64,000 bases of DNA from Nitrosopumilus sp. (lineage in GTDB: Archaea; Thermoproteota; Nitrososphaeria; Nitrososphaerales; Nitrosopumilaceae): NCBI GenBank assembly GCA_963662625.1, contig OY759726.1, positions 1-64,000 on the forward strand. Reading direction: 5' to 3'. The notes beneath the pieces were generated by a model. That model was not told where the DNA came from and did not search any database. It saw only the letters and a program-made list of their open reading frames with translations. A program made the position numbers and the translations under genes. This document shows positions 11,011 through 21,900 of the stretch, in pieces (positions within the stretch are counted from its first letter, which is position 1; each line of letters begins with the position of its first letter).

Positions 11011-12111
11011 CTACGACGTGAGCTTCCCCACGAGCTCCGCGAACTCGCCCTCCGGGATTGGATCCACTCCCATTATCCCCAGGTTCTCCCCGACGTGCGC
11101 CGGCGACTTGTGCCCTACCAGCGGGGCCAGCACCCCCGGCGCGGAGCGTATGAACTGCAGGGCGCGCAGCGGCGGCGCCAGGTCGCCGAACTCGGGCATG
11201 GCGCCGGGCTGGAGCAGCCTGCCCTGCATCAGCGGGACGCTGGCAAAGACGCCGACGCCGAGGGCCCGCGCGCACTCCAGCGCGGAGACGTCCCTGCCGC
11301 CGAGCCGCTGGTGTTTTTTCAGCAGCGCCTGGTCGTAGTACATGTTGAACGGGAGCTGGACGAAGCGGAACCCGTGCCCGTCCCCGCCGGCCTGCCTTGC
11401 CAGCCCCACCGCCTCCTCCAGGGAGAGGTGCAGCGGGCTGTCCGCGGGGACGCGGAAGCACTCCCAGGTGGCCATCCCGTAGAACCGGATCTTGCCCTCG
11501 GCCCGCTTCCTCTCGTAGAGCTCGAATGCCCCGAGGAGGCCCTCCAGGAACCCCTCCCGCGTGACGTCCTTTGCCTGGCCCTCGACGGCGTTGTGCAGGT
11601 ACATCAGGTCGACGCAGTCCATGCCGAGGTTCGCCAGGCTGCGCTCGAGCTGGTCGGAGAGGTACGGGGCAGTCATGCAGTGGTAGCCCGAGGAGATGTC
11701 GCCGGGCCCCACCACGCCCCTGGAGGTCAGCTGCTCCCTGACGTACTCCCAGAACTCCTGCCCCGTGTCGGCGTCGTTGGTCACGTAGCCGTTCTTCGTG
11801 CTTACGAACACCTGCTCCCTGGCGGCCTCGCCGGCGGCGATCATCCGCGACAGCGCCCTCCCGACGGAGCGCTCCGCCTTCTGGGAGCGGTAGTTGATCG
11901 CCGTGTCGATCACGTTGACCCCGGAGAGCACGGACCGCCTCACGGCGTCCTCCACCAGCCCGTCGGTCGCCGGGTCGGCCTCCCCGAGGTAAGTCCCCAT
12001 CCCCACGTTCGACAGAGTCAGGCCGCCGAACTCCCTGAAGTTGGAGGGCCTGGCCCCGGACGCCGCCGCAAAGCCGGCGGTCCCCTCAGGGGTGGCGTGG
12101 CCGCTTATCAT
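11011..12111 (-). CDS. Aldo/keto reductase
   Basis: GMGTYLG, NVIDTAINY, VSTKNG, DLMYLHN motifs. Confidence 0.9.
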   Translation of the reverse strand: MISGHATPEGTAGFAAASGARPSNFREFGGLTLSNVGMGTYLGEADPATDGLVEDAVRRSVLSGVNVIDTAINYRSQKAERSVGRALSRMIAAGEAAREQVFVSTKNGYVTNDADTGQEFWEYVREQLTSRGVVGPGDISSGYHCMTAPYLSDQLERSLANLGMDCVDLMYLHNAVEGQAKDVTREGFLEGLLGAFELYERKRAEGKIRFYGMATWECFRVPADSPLHLSLEEAVGLARQAGGDGHGFRFVQLPFNMYYDQALLKKHQRLGGRDVSALECARALGVGVFASVPLMQGRLLQPGAMPEFGDLAPPLRALQFIRSAPGVLAPLVGHKSPAHVGENLGIMGVDPIPEGEFAELVGKLTS

Positions 12112-12146
12112 GCAGCCCCTCGGCGGGGCCCGAATTTATTTCTAGA

Positions 12147-13031
12147 TCACCCGGGCGCCAGGAAGCTGAGCGCCAGGATCCCCCCCGCGACGCGGCCGAA
12201 CAGCAGCGTCGACGACATGTAGGGCACCAGCTCGTCGACCCTGTCGTAGTTCCGCCTCAGCCCGATCCCCGACCTCACGGCCAGCGGGAGGGCTAGCAGG
12301 GCGGCCAGCGACGCGGCCGGGAACAGGCCGGCCGCCACGCAGAGGGCTATGATCCCGCAGGACGCGGCCGGGAACGCCCAGAAGATCGACGCGGCCCTGC
12401 GCCTCCCCGCCACTATCACCAGCGTCCTCCTGCCCCGGGACTTGTCCGCCTCGTAGTCGGGGAACGAGGCGATGAACAGCACGAGCGAGGAGAGCGCCCC
12501 CACCGCGACCCCGGCCAGCACGGCCTCGGCGGCCAGGTACCCCGCCTGTATGTAGAACGTCCCGAGGACGATCATCGTCCCCTTGGCGGCCACGAATACC
12601 TCCGCCAGGCCCGAGTCGACGATCTTGGTGGAGTAAAAGTAGATCGACAGGACCGCGAACCCCAGGATCGCGGCGACCACGGCCCCGTCGGTGGCCACAA
12701 AGTACGCGCCGGCCGCGGAGCCGAGCGCGAGGAACGCCATCCCCGCCCGGTACACGGACCTGGGCTCCAGCAGCCCCCCGGGGAGGACGCCGGTGCCCCC
12801 GCTCATCTTGGTCCGACGGGTGGCGGTGTCTATGCCGCGCTTGTAGTCCCAGAAGTCGTTGAGCAGGTCCACGCTAGCGTGCAGCGCGGCCACGCCGGCC
12901 GCCGTAAGGAGCGCGTCGAGGGCGTCCACCGTCCCGGTCAGCCGCCAGTCCAGCGCGAGGCCGACGGACACCGCGATGACGGAGGCCAGCAGGAATCGCA
13001 CCCTGATTACTCGGAGCCAGGCAGACAGCAT
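12147..13031 (-). CDS. menA: UbiA-family prenyltransferase (MenA-like)
   Basis: NDFWDYKRGID and PDYEADKSRGRRTL motifs; multiple TM helices. Confidence 0.85.
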   Translation of the reverse strand: MLSAWLRVIRVRFLLASVIAVSVGLALDWRLTGTVDALDALLTAAGVAALHASVDLLNDFWDYKRGIDTATRRTKMSGGTGVLPGGLLEPRSVYRAGMAFLALGSAAGAYFVATDGAVVAAILGFAVLSIYFYSTKIVDSGLAEVFVAAKGTMIVLGTFYIQAGYLAAEAVLAGVAVGALSSLVLFIASFPDYEADKSRGRRTLVIVAGRRRAASIFWAFPAASCGIIALCVAAGLFPAASLAALLALPLAVRSGIGLRRNYDRVDELVPYMSSTLLFGRVAGGILALSFLAPG

Positions 13032-13083
13032 CGGTTACCAGATCCGGGCGGGCGCCAGTTAAATTTCATCCCCCGGGGCGCGC

Positions 13084-13479
13084 TCACACCAGGGACGCGT
13101 CGCTTACCTCGATCGGCTTCCGGCCCATGAACCCGGAGTCCTTCTCGTGCCAGAACTTGATCTCCGTCTCGCCGCGCTTCCAGCAGAGCCACACGTCCTC
13201 GCCGAACCTCCTCGACGGGAAGTCGAGCAGCCCCTGGTCGATGCTCTTCACGACGACCCCCGTCCCCTCCAGCACCTCGACTGCGTGGTAGAACCTGGTC
13301 ACCGCGGAGTTCAGCCTCTGCTTGAGGGCGACGTACTCCCCGAGGGGCTTTGCGGCCGAGGCGCTGAGCTGCTGCTGCAGCCTCGATACCTCGTCCCTCC
13401 TGTCCAGCACGTACTCGAACTTTTTTACCACGTCGGGCAGCGCCCTGCCGGCCTCGGCGGTGGTGAAGAGCTGCGGCAT
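13084..13479 (-). CDS. DUF2203 family protein
   Basis: FTTAEA...LP start and GLLDFPS...VWLCWKRGE...FWHEKDSGFMGRKP; ORF extension to 13989 runs through IS sequence. Confidence 0.85.
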   Translation of the reverse strand: MPQLFTTAEAGRALPDVVKKFEYVLDRRDEVSRLQQQLSASAAKPLGEYVALKQRLNSAVTRFYHAVEVLEGTGVVVKSIDQGLLDFPSRRFGEDVWLCWKRGETEIKFWHEKDSGFMGRKPIEVSDASLV

Positions 13480-13531
13480 GGCATGTATGGCGGGAACCAT
13501 GATTAAAAATCTTGGGTGCATGTTTATTGCC

Positions 13532-13700
13532 TCAATTGTACGGAAAGTCGGTCCGCGCCGGATCAGGGGGGCGGTAGCCGGCTGTTTTGGGCCGTCCCGG
13601 TCACGGAAGGCCATGACAGGGAGACTTGCTGGGGGATCCCGGAAGTGCCCGGTCAGGCAGCGAGAGAAGGGCGCGCCGGTCGCCCGGGTGGCGACGCCCA
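13532..13700 (+). mobile_element. IS481-family left-end fragment
   Basis: tcaattgtacggaaagtcggtccgc end shared with 30138 and 62318. Confidence 0.75.
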
Positions 13701-13888
13701 TGGCGAATGTGACCTCCATGCTGCCCCGCCCCTTCTTGCTGATGGCGGCGGTCTTTCCGGAATCACCTGCGGCGTAGCCGAGGAAAAACCGGTTGGGGGT
13801 CTTTTGAGGTGTCAGGAACGGTGAACCAAGAGGCCCACGATGGCTCTCCCATGCCCATTCGACGGCAAACCAGAACCCATCACCGTGC

Positions 13889-14518
13889 TCAGTTCTCAGC
13901 CTCTTTCTTTCTGATGTTGGCCAGCTCTTGAAGCAACCGGAGTATTTCCCTATTCTGTCGCATGATCTGGGTGGTGTTAAAAAACACATCCTGGACGTTG
14001 CTAAACATCACTGTCTTGCGCTGGTAGTCCTGATGGATTGAAATTTGGTTGATTAGGGCATCTGTCTTAGTTTTGGACATGTGCCGGACGTAGTCTTTTG
14101 CAAGATTCTCCTTTGTTGTGATGCCGCGTGACAGGCCATTCAGCGCATCCCCGGTCAAATCAATGATGCACTTGGCCCTCTCCTTCATAATCCCGTATTT
14201 TTCCGACAATGCGTCATCCCCATCTCCGTTGATCCAGATGTCCCTCATCATGTCGGGCAGCTTGTCGCAGAAATCCCCGTCCTGAATCTTGCTGATCTGG
14301 TTCAGCTGGTACTCGACTGTCGGGGCGTGGGCCTTCACATTGGAGACGAACAGCCTCGCATATGTCTCGTCCAGGCCATACTCCATCAGCTTATTCCCTA
14401 TCTCAATAGCGTCGTGCTTGGAGATGTCGTTCTGGATCTTGGACAGGAGCGGAAACAGCGGCTTGTATTGCTGCCTCTGTTGGAATATGAACGGGTTGAG
14501 ATCAGACACGATCCTCAC
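13889..14518 (-). CDS. Hypothetical protein (lower GC); 14593-14784 may be a separated upstream part
   Basis: 209-aa ORF with ordinary amino-acid composition; no motif recognised. Confidence 0.55.
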   Translation of the reverse strand: MRIVSDLNPFIFQQRQQYKPLFPLLSKIQNDISKHDAIEIGNKLMEYGLDETYARLFVSNVKAHAPTVEYQLNQISKIQDGDFCDKLPDMMRDIWINGDGDDALSEKYGIMKERAKCIIDLTGDALNGLSRGITTKENLAKDYVRHMSKTKTDALINQISIHQDYQRKTVMFSNVQDVFFNTTQIMRQNREILRLLQELANIRKKEAEN

Positions 14519-14818
14519 CTTTTCCTAGTTGGGTAGTTGGTTGAAAAACAGTATTGACGCTTTCACGTCTTCATCGTCCTTGTCAAAAATGCTCATATCT
14601 TCAGTGCCTGCTCTATCCTGAAACTTATGCTGTCCAACTGCTCCATGACCGTATCCGGCTCACCATACCTTGTGTTTTTCCTGACCACGCCTGAGCGTGT
14701 CAGTGAATACGGTAGGGAACGCCAGTTGCGGCGCATGCTTCTCCTGTCCACGGCGGCAGAGTCCATGGTTGCCCATGGTAACATTGCAATTTATACGTTA
14801 AGGGCGTTCGCCAGGCAC

Positions 14819-14890
14819 TGTAGTATATGAAAAGTCGGTCCGCTAGCCATCAGCCTCCGCCCCCATCCATCCCGGGTCACTCTCCCTGAT
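14819..14890 (-). mobile_element. IS481-family right-end fragment
   Basis: tgtagtatatgaaaagtcggtccgctag is the reverse complement of 32432-32459. Confidence 0.75.
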
Positions 14891-15947
14891 CGCGGCAAGC
14901 CTGACACTGCACATGAAAGACACTGCCATGCCAACAGGGAGGGGGTTCCTTCCCAAGACTGGGGCGGGGCACCTCGGGAAGATCCACAGGACGGAGACGG
15001 ATCCGAAGGCACACGCGCGGCTGCTCGCGTACGTCATGCGCAAGGAGGGCGCGCCCATGCGCCAGATAGGCGGGGCGCTGAACCGGCCCTATTCCACGGT
15101 GCGCGGGTGGCTCATGCGCGCCATGCAGATGGGAACCCGCGGCAGGCACGACGAGAGGAGGCCCGGCGCCCCGCCGAAGCTGGACGGGCCGCAGCTGGGG
15201 CAGCTCAAGAAAGACCTCCTCGCGGGCTCGCAGGGGTTCGGGTCGGGCCTGTGGACCGCCCGTCTCCTAGCGGTCCACATAGAGAGGAGGTTCGGTGTGC
15301 GGTACGGCACCTCCGGGATATACGAGATGCTGCACAGGATCGGCTTCTCCAGGCAGACCCCCCGGCCCAGGCACCCCAAGCCAGCCTCGGAATCCGAGCG
15401 GAGGGAGTTTAAAAAAAGCAAGGCGCGCCGTCTCGTACTACTCGAGGGGGTACGCCGTCGTCGCCCAGGACGAGGTGTCCCACATAATCGGGCTGGTGCA
15501 GAAGAAGACGTGGGCACCACGGGGCGCCGGGGCCACGGCCCCGTCCACGCTGTCGAGGCAGAGGTTCTGCTCGTTTGGCGCGCTGCACCGGGACGGGTTC
15601 TGCCTCTCGTTCTATTACAGGGCAAACGGGGACAGCTTCACGGGCTTTCTCGACAGGCTCCGCAGGAAGTTCGGGAAGGTGCTCGTCCTTGCGGACAACG
15701 CGGGCTCCACAAGTCACGCAAGGTGATGAAAGCCGTCGGGGGCCACGGTGGGGACGTCGTGCTCAGGCACTTTCCCGCCTACACGCCAGACCCCAGCCCG
15801 GCAGGGGGGCAGTGGCGCAACATGAGGTTGCACACTGCCAACAGGCTGTACGGGTCGGCCGACTAGATGAAGGAATCAATAGGGACGATGCTATGCACGG
15901 GGGAGATCAAGGTCGCCAAGATGAGCGATTATCTAATGTGATCACTA
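14888..15947 (+). mobile_element. IS630-family element with frameshifted transposase; left end deleted
   Basis: HTH ORF, slippery TTTAAAAAAA at about 15408, then QDE, DNA and PAYTPD motifs; right TIR tgagcgattatctaatgtgatcacTA pairs with the left end preserved at 25029. Confidence 0.85.
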
Positions 15948-16031
15948 CCCCACTCATGCGCAAGGGCGCCAGGCCCACACCGTACAAGGGGTCGGTCCAT
16001 CGTGGCAACTGCACCTGGGTGGTTATCATGT
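15948..16031 (-). mobile_element. IS110-family end fragment (copy B)
   Basis: Aligns with 18631-18714 including the sub-terminal inverted repeat and CATGT junction. Confidence 0.75.
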
Positions 16032-16071
16032 GTTCATGCATGTTTATTAGCCGGGGGCTGGCACCAAGCGC

Positions 16072-16353
16072 ATGGGCTTCGACGAGCAGCTGGAGGAGCT
16101 GATTGCCCAGACGATCAACGGGGCGGCCGCCACGATCCCGGCGTACATGGAGGACATCAGCCGGAACAGGGACGCCCTGGGGGTTGAGGACCCGAGGGAG
16201 TTCGTCTACGGGATGGTGATGGGGATGGCCCTCGGGATGGGCGGCGCCGTGCTCAGCGCGCAGAAGGAGGCCCCCACCGAGGAGGACCAGATGAAGGTCA
16301 GGGACATCGTGTACAGGAGCATCCCGCAGGTAAGGGAGCGGATATTCAAGTAG
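16072..16353 (+). CDS. Conserved hypothetical protein
   Basis: Host-like codon usage; EFVYGMVMG helical motif; TATA-like tttatta upstream. Confidence 0.75.
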   Translation: MGFDEQLEELIAQTINGAAATIPAYMEDISRNRDALGVEDPREFVYGMVMGMALGMGGAVLSAQKEAPTEEDQMKVRDIVYRSIPQVRERIFK

Positions 16354-16587
16354 GCGCGCCGGCTCCCGCGCCGGGAACCTGCGGGCGGCCCGCGTGGAAT
16401 GCCCACGCCTCATGGCAGCGGACGTTCCGTGGTGGCGCCGGGGCCGCCGGCAGCGGAGGCCGTGGCGGGCATCTACGTGGCCGCCCCGGTACTCGCGGCA
16501 TGCCTGGCGGCGGGGGCCGCCAGGGGGCGGTCCCGCCGCGGCGCGTGATACAAAGGTATATCATGACTGGGGCCCCACCCAGGTCAT

Positions 16588-16866
16588 ATGCCCAACAAGA
16601 TAAAGTGCTCCCACGTACTGGTGGAGAGGCAGGGACAGGCCCTAGAGGTGCTCGAGCGGCTCAAGGGCGGCGACAAGTTCGGCAGGATCGCCAGGGAGGT
16701 CTCGATCGACTCGGGCAGCGCGAAGAAAGACGGGAACCTGGGGTACTTTGGCAGGGGTAAGATGGTGAAGCAGTTCGAGGAGGCCGCCTTCAGGCTGCAG
16801 GTGGGCGAGGTCTCCGGGCCCGTGAAGACGCAGTACGGGTACCACGTCATCAAGAGGTTCGGGTGA
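16588..16866 (+). CDS. pinA: Parvulin-type peptidyl-prolyl isomerase
   Basis: IKCSHVLV, GNLGYFGRGKMVKQFEEAAF, VKTQYGYHVIK. Confidence 0.95.
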   Translation: MPNKIKCSHVLVERQGQALEVLERLKGGDKFGRIAREVSIDSGSAKKDGNLGYFGRGKMVKQFEEAAFRLQVGEVSGPVKTQYGYHVIKRFG

Positions 16867-17309
16867 CCGCCCCCTCCCGGGCCGGCGCGGATCCCGTCGA
16901 GGATTGTGGCGCGCGCGTCTTTCATGGCGCGGGCCCGACGGGCAACCCCGGAAGACGCGGGCGGGTTTGCCGCAGCAACGTCCCGTTTCTGGGCATGGCG
17001 ATTCTGGGTACGCGGGCGCGCCCAGGCCCCGGCGCGCAGGGACGGGCCGTACGGATCTTGATCGCGCAATGCCACCTCCCCTTCGGATAAATCCTATGCG
17101 CGGAGGCGCGGATCGATGGACTTACTTGCCGCACCATGTCGCGTTTTCGGGCATAAAAAGCCTGCGCTTGTTTTCGGGCCGTGCCTTAAATAGACCCGCC
17201 GCTGGGCCGCCCGCGCTCGCGCAAGCGGGGGCGAGCTCCGGTGACAACGGACGACGCGGAGCAGCGCTGGGAAATAAGGATGGCGGGATACCTGCGTCGA
17301 CACCGCACC

Positions 17310-18714
17310 CATGTTAACCACCCAGGTGCAGTTGCCGCAACGCATCCCGCGGTTTTTCCGATCCGTGACTGGGTTGCACGGCATGGGATTCATGGCCGGC
17401 GCCGGCAAGACGGTCCGGGATGCGGGCAGCGCGGGGGGCCGCCCCCGGCGCGCCTTCCCCGTCCCGGCCGGCCTGCGCCTGCACGGCCCCCCGCTGCGGG
17501 ACCCGTGGGGCGTCCTGGCGGCCGGCATGTGCCGCATCATGGTGACCATCTTGTGGGCCACCACCATGGTTGCCGGCCCATGCCTGTCCGCGTGCCTCCG
17601 GCGCGCGGACGCGTACGCGGCCTCCGTCCCGGCGTCGTGCCGCACGGCGGCGTCCGCGGCCCCGCGCATGGCCCGGCTGGCCAGGCTGCCGGGGCCGGTC
17701 TTCTTGATCCTCCCCGCGTGCGGCCGGTTCCCCGGCCGGCAGGCCGCCGGGCACGGCCCGGCCCACGACGCCGCCTGCCTTGGCCCCCTGGACCCCGGGG
17801 GCGTCCCCATCCCGGGGGCCGTCGGCACCGCGGCGAGCGCGCCGGCGCCGGCCGTGCCGGCCGGCAGCCTCGCGTCGCCGTTGTGGGCGGCCCCCGTCCC
17901 GGGGAGCCCCCCCCCCCCCCGTCACGGAGATCTCCCCCGCCAGGTGCCCCGCCTGCCGGGCGCGCCGGCCCGGGACCGACCCGTCGTGCCCGGGGCCCGG
18001 CCCCGCGGACTCCGGCTGCCCCAGGGCCCTTTCGGGGTGCATGGCGGGGGCGCCCGTTTGGATGCCGTGGCGGCCCGGGAGGCTGCGGGCGCGGCTTGCC
18101 GCGCGCGCCCTGTCCCGGGCCGGCCCCGCCCCCTGCCCGGCCACCGCGCGCATCCCCCCGGCGTGGCCCGGGGGGACGCAGCGCCCCGGCACCATGCCCG
18201 TCCCCGGCACCTGCGCCATCTTCCCTGCGCCAATCCTGTCGGTCTTCTTGGCGGTCCTGGCCATCAGGGCCGTCCTGTGCGTGTTGGCCAGTCTGGTGCC
18301 GGTCCCGGCCGCCCCGGAGGCGCCAGGCGCCCTGTCCCGCATGCTGCCAGTCGTCCCGCGGGCGGCCCGGCAGGGGCCGCCGCCCAGGCACCTGCGCGCC
18401 ATCGCCCCAGCGAACTTCGCCGCGCCGTCCCGGGCGTCGGGGTACCGCCCCCTCCCGGGAACCTTCCCGTTCCCGCCCGCCACGCACGCGCCGCGCTTTC
18501 CCTTCACCATGCCTGTCCCCATGCCTGTCTTTCCCGTCCTTTCCTGTCGCCTCCTTCCGGATGCCTGGCGGATCGGAAGCCGCGCACGCCCATCAGGGCG
18601 CGAAGCCCAGTGACGCGGCGGCCCGGGTTGCCCCATTCAACAGAAAGGGCGCCAGGCCCACGCGCTACCGGGGGCCGGTCCATCGGGGCAACTACGCCTG
18701 GGTGGTTATCATGT
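17310..18714 (-). mobile_element. Decayed IS110-family element (copy A) with sub-terminal inverted repeats
   Basis: KKTDRIGA (KTDxxDA-like) and GRIKKTG...VVAHKM motifs; 22-bp IRs taaccacccaggtgcagttgcc (17315-17336) / ggcaactacgcctgggtggtta (18687-18708); CATGT at both junctions. Confidence 0.8.
18600..18686 (-). ncRNA. Candidate bridge/seek-type guide RNA (target-binding loop) of the IS110 element
   Basis: Stem GCCC/GGGC encloses a 9-mer identical to one target flank, a UGGG-GCAA-CCCG hairpin, and a 9-mer complementary (3 wobbles) to the other flank; RNA boundaries unknown. Confidence 0.6.
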
Positions 18715-18995
18715 GTTCAACAGACTAACCAGCAGGTTAAAGTTTTAAAAGCTGAAAAACTTGCAGGCCGCGTTCTGCGTCTCAGTGATACGAGCCTGTT
18801 GCGCTTATGGCACAAGGCATGCAGTCTCCGCCGCAGCCCCATGCGGCCGAATGCCTGCTTTCGCGGCCCCGCGGGCCGCCGGGACGGCGCCGGCCCCCAT
18901 GTTCCGCCCCCTCCGGGCGGCTTGCGCGTCCCACCTTGCCTCGCCGGGCCCCGCGCCGGCGCGCGGTTCCGGGCGGCCGGATCCCGCCCCGCGGC

Positions 18996-21900
18996 CTACG
19001 GGGCGGGCCCCAGGCCGATTTCCATGGGGTGCGTGGAGCCCGGCTCGGGGGCGATCGCCAGGAACGTCCCGCGCACGCCGGTGGCGGGGTCGGGCGGGGA
19101 CGTGGCCGCGTAGCCGGCGGGCACCGCCACCTGCGCGAGCCAGTCGGCGGGGACCAGGCCCGCCATGGTCGCGGTGCCGCCGGGCCCGGTCACCGCCGCC
19201 TCGAGCTCCGCGGTCGTGTACGTGTAGGTGTGGACGGTCACCCCCGGGAACGGCGGCTCCCCGGGATCCCGTTCCCCGTCGGAGTCGTCGTCGCGGTACG
19301 CGGAGACCTCGAGCGTCACGGCCTCTTCCGGGGGCACCTGGCGGAACCCGACGTCCCACGCCGAGGTGGCGCCCAGCTCCGGGCCCAGGTACGCGTAAGG
19401 GCTGCCGGTGGTGAGGGTGTGGTCGAACGGGAAGTAGTGCGTCTGGACCAGGGTGGCGTGCGGGTGCGGGGTGACGGCGCCAAACGCGTATATCCCGTCG
19501 GGGCCGGTCACGGCGGTCCGGGCCTCCCCGGTGGACACGTCCACCGCGACCATCGCATAGCCCGGGATCGCCCCCTCCCCCGAGTCCCGGACGCCGTTCC
19601 CGTTGGCATCTGAGAACACCGTCCCGCGTATGGACGCGTCGGCCCTTGACACCGACACGGAGGAGCCGTCGGTGGCGGCGGTCGCGCGCGGCCCGGCGTT
19701 GCCCGCGGCGTCCTCGAAGTCGATCCCAAACTCCACGGGGCCCGCGGGATCCGTGCCGTCGACGGCCCTAGCGGCGCTCCACGAGCCGCCTCCCGCGCTC
19801 ACCGGCTCGGAGTGGTTCCCGTTGATGGCCACCGACACGCCCGCTATCCCCTCGGACGCCGTGAACTCCAGGGTGACCGCGTCTCCCGCCCGGGCGGTTC
19901 CCGGGACGGCGCCTGACGATGCCACCGAGACCGCGGTCAGCGAGGGGGCCTGGCCGTCGCCCACCGGGACGGTGAGCGGTCCCGCGACGGCGTTCCCGTC
20001 GCCGTCCACGATTCCCGTCCCCACGTACATCGCCCCGGCCGCGTCCGGCGGTGCAGGCGGGCCCGCAAACCCAAGCGTGACGGTATCGGTGCCGGATCCG
20101 GAGATTCCCGTGAACTTCCTGACCGCGGCCTCGCCGGACATAGTGATGTCGACAAAGTCGCCCAGCGCGGCGGCGACTGGCTTTGAGAACTCCACGGTGG
20201 CCTGGTTGGGGCCGGTGACGGCGGCCGAGGAGATCGCGGGCCACGCGTACTCCCCCGTGCCGGCGACCACCCGCCCCGTGGCCCAGGAATGCAGGGCGTC
20301 AGAGTACCCGAACGTGCCGTCCCCGTCGAACGTCACGGAGTACGGCGCCCCCCTGGAAAGCAGGCCGCTGGCAAACTGCTTGCCGCCAGACGGGTCGCCG
20401 GCGACGGACACGGCCGAGTTTCCGGCGTTGACCCAGGTCACCGTGTCCCCGGGCGAGACTTCCAGCGTTTCCGGGAAGAAGCAGGGGTCGCAGCCCGGGT
20501 CGGCGTTGTCCAGCGCCAGTATGTCGGAGCCGGCAAGCATGGAGACGTCGACCCTGCCCGTCCCGTCCCGGTCGGACTTTGCGTGGCGGGACTCCACCGT
20601 GGACTCCAGCAGGGCCTGGATCTCGCCTGCCGTGGCGCCGGGGTGCTTTTCCATGGCCAGCGCGGCGGCGCCGGCGGCGTGCGGGGCGGCCGCCGACGTG
20701 CCGCAGTACGCGTCGTATGCGTAGGCCGTGGTGCTGACGCAGGTGGGCGCCGTGACGTCGGGCTTGGCCCTGCCGTCCAGCGTGGGGCCTTGGGAGCTGT
20801 AGGGCTCCAGGGCGTCCGTCCTCCAGTACTTTGCCCCCACGCTCAGGGAGCCGGGCGAGTCCGCGGGGATGACGACGCTGGAGCGCGCCACCGCGTACTC
20901 GCTCAGGTCGTGGCGGATCGTGAACAGCTGAAAGTCCGCGTCCCCGGCGGCCGAGCGCCCGTCTATCGACACGTGGACGGTGGCGTCGCTCCGGAAGGCG
21001 CGCTCGACCTTCTCGAACGGGCGGTACCCCGGCTGGGCGTTGGCCGAGAGATCCAGCAGGTTCGAGTCCCCGTCTGCCAGGCGGAGGTCGTAGTCCTGCG
21101 AGGGGGAGCCCCACCAGCTGAGGATCACCGTCAGCGTTTCCCCGGCGCCCACGTCGATGTCGATCGACTCGTCGTGGCCCCGGAAGTTGTGCCAGCCGTC
21201 GCCGTCGGGATCCGAGAACCGGCCCTGCCAGTGCTTGTCCGCGGAGTTTCCCGCGGAATTGACCCACAGTATCCCGCTTTCCCTCGCCTCGCCCACCTTT
21301 TGGGATATCACGCTCGTGCCGTCTGCGGGTCCCGGGCTGTTGAACCACGCAAGGGACATTGAGACTATGTCGATGTCTCCCCGGGAGATGATGTGGTCGA
21401 CCAGGTTCAGAAACTCGATCCTGGTGCCAAAGTTGTAAAGGTACAGCTCGACGTCCGGGGCGACGTCCACTATGACCTCGGCCGAGGCCGTGCCGTGGCG
21501 GCTGTTGCCGCCCGCGATGCCAGAAGAGGAGTCAAAGGACGCGTGCCCGGCGACGTTCCCCGCGATCTCCGGGTTGTGGATGTCAAATCCGGTGTCGATC
21601 ACCGCCACCTTGACCCCCTTGCCGGTGTGCCCCGCAGAGTTGGCGGCGTCGGAGCCCATCACCCCGGCGCCCTCGGTCACCGTCGTGCCGCTGGAAAGCC
21701 AGACGCTCGCGCGCGTCGCGTCGAAGCCCGACGCCCCGGCGGCCGCCGTCCCGTATCCCTGGCCCGCGGGCCCGCCCGCGTGGGCCGGCAGGATCACCGG
21801 GGCCGGCTTGGCCGGGAGCGCGACGAGCCTGACGTTCTCGTCTGCCGCCACGGCCCCCAGGCTCCCCACGGGGGCCGCCGCCTGCACCAGCTCCCCGTAC

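Noticed and set aside
16360-16540. GC-rich intergenic stretch with a weak membrane-protein-like frame
   Set aside because: No start, no convincing motif, no clear RNA structure
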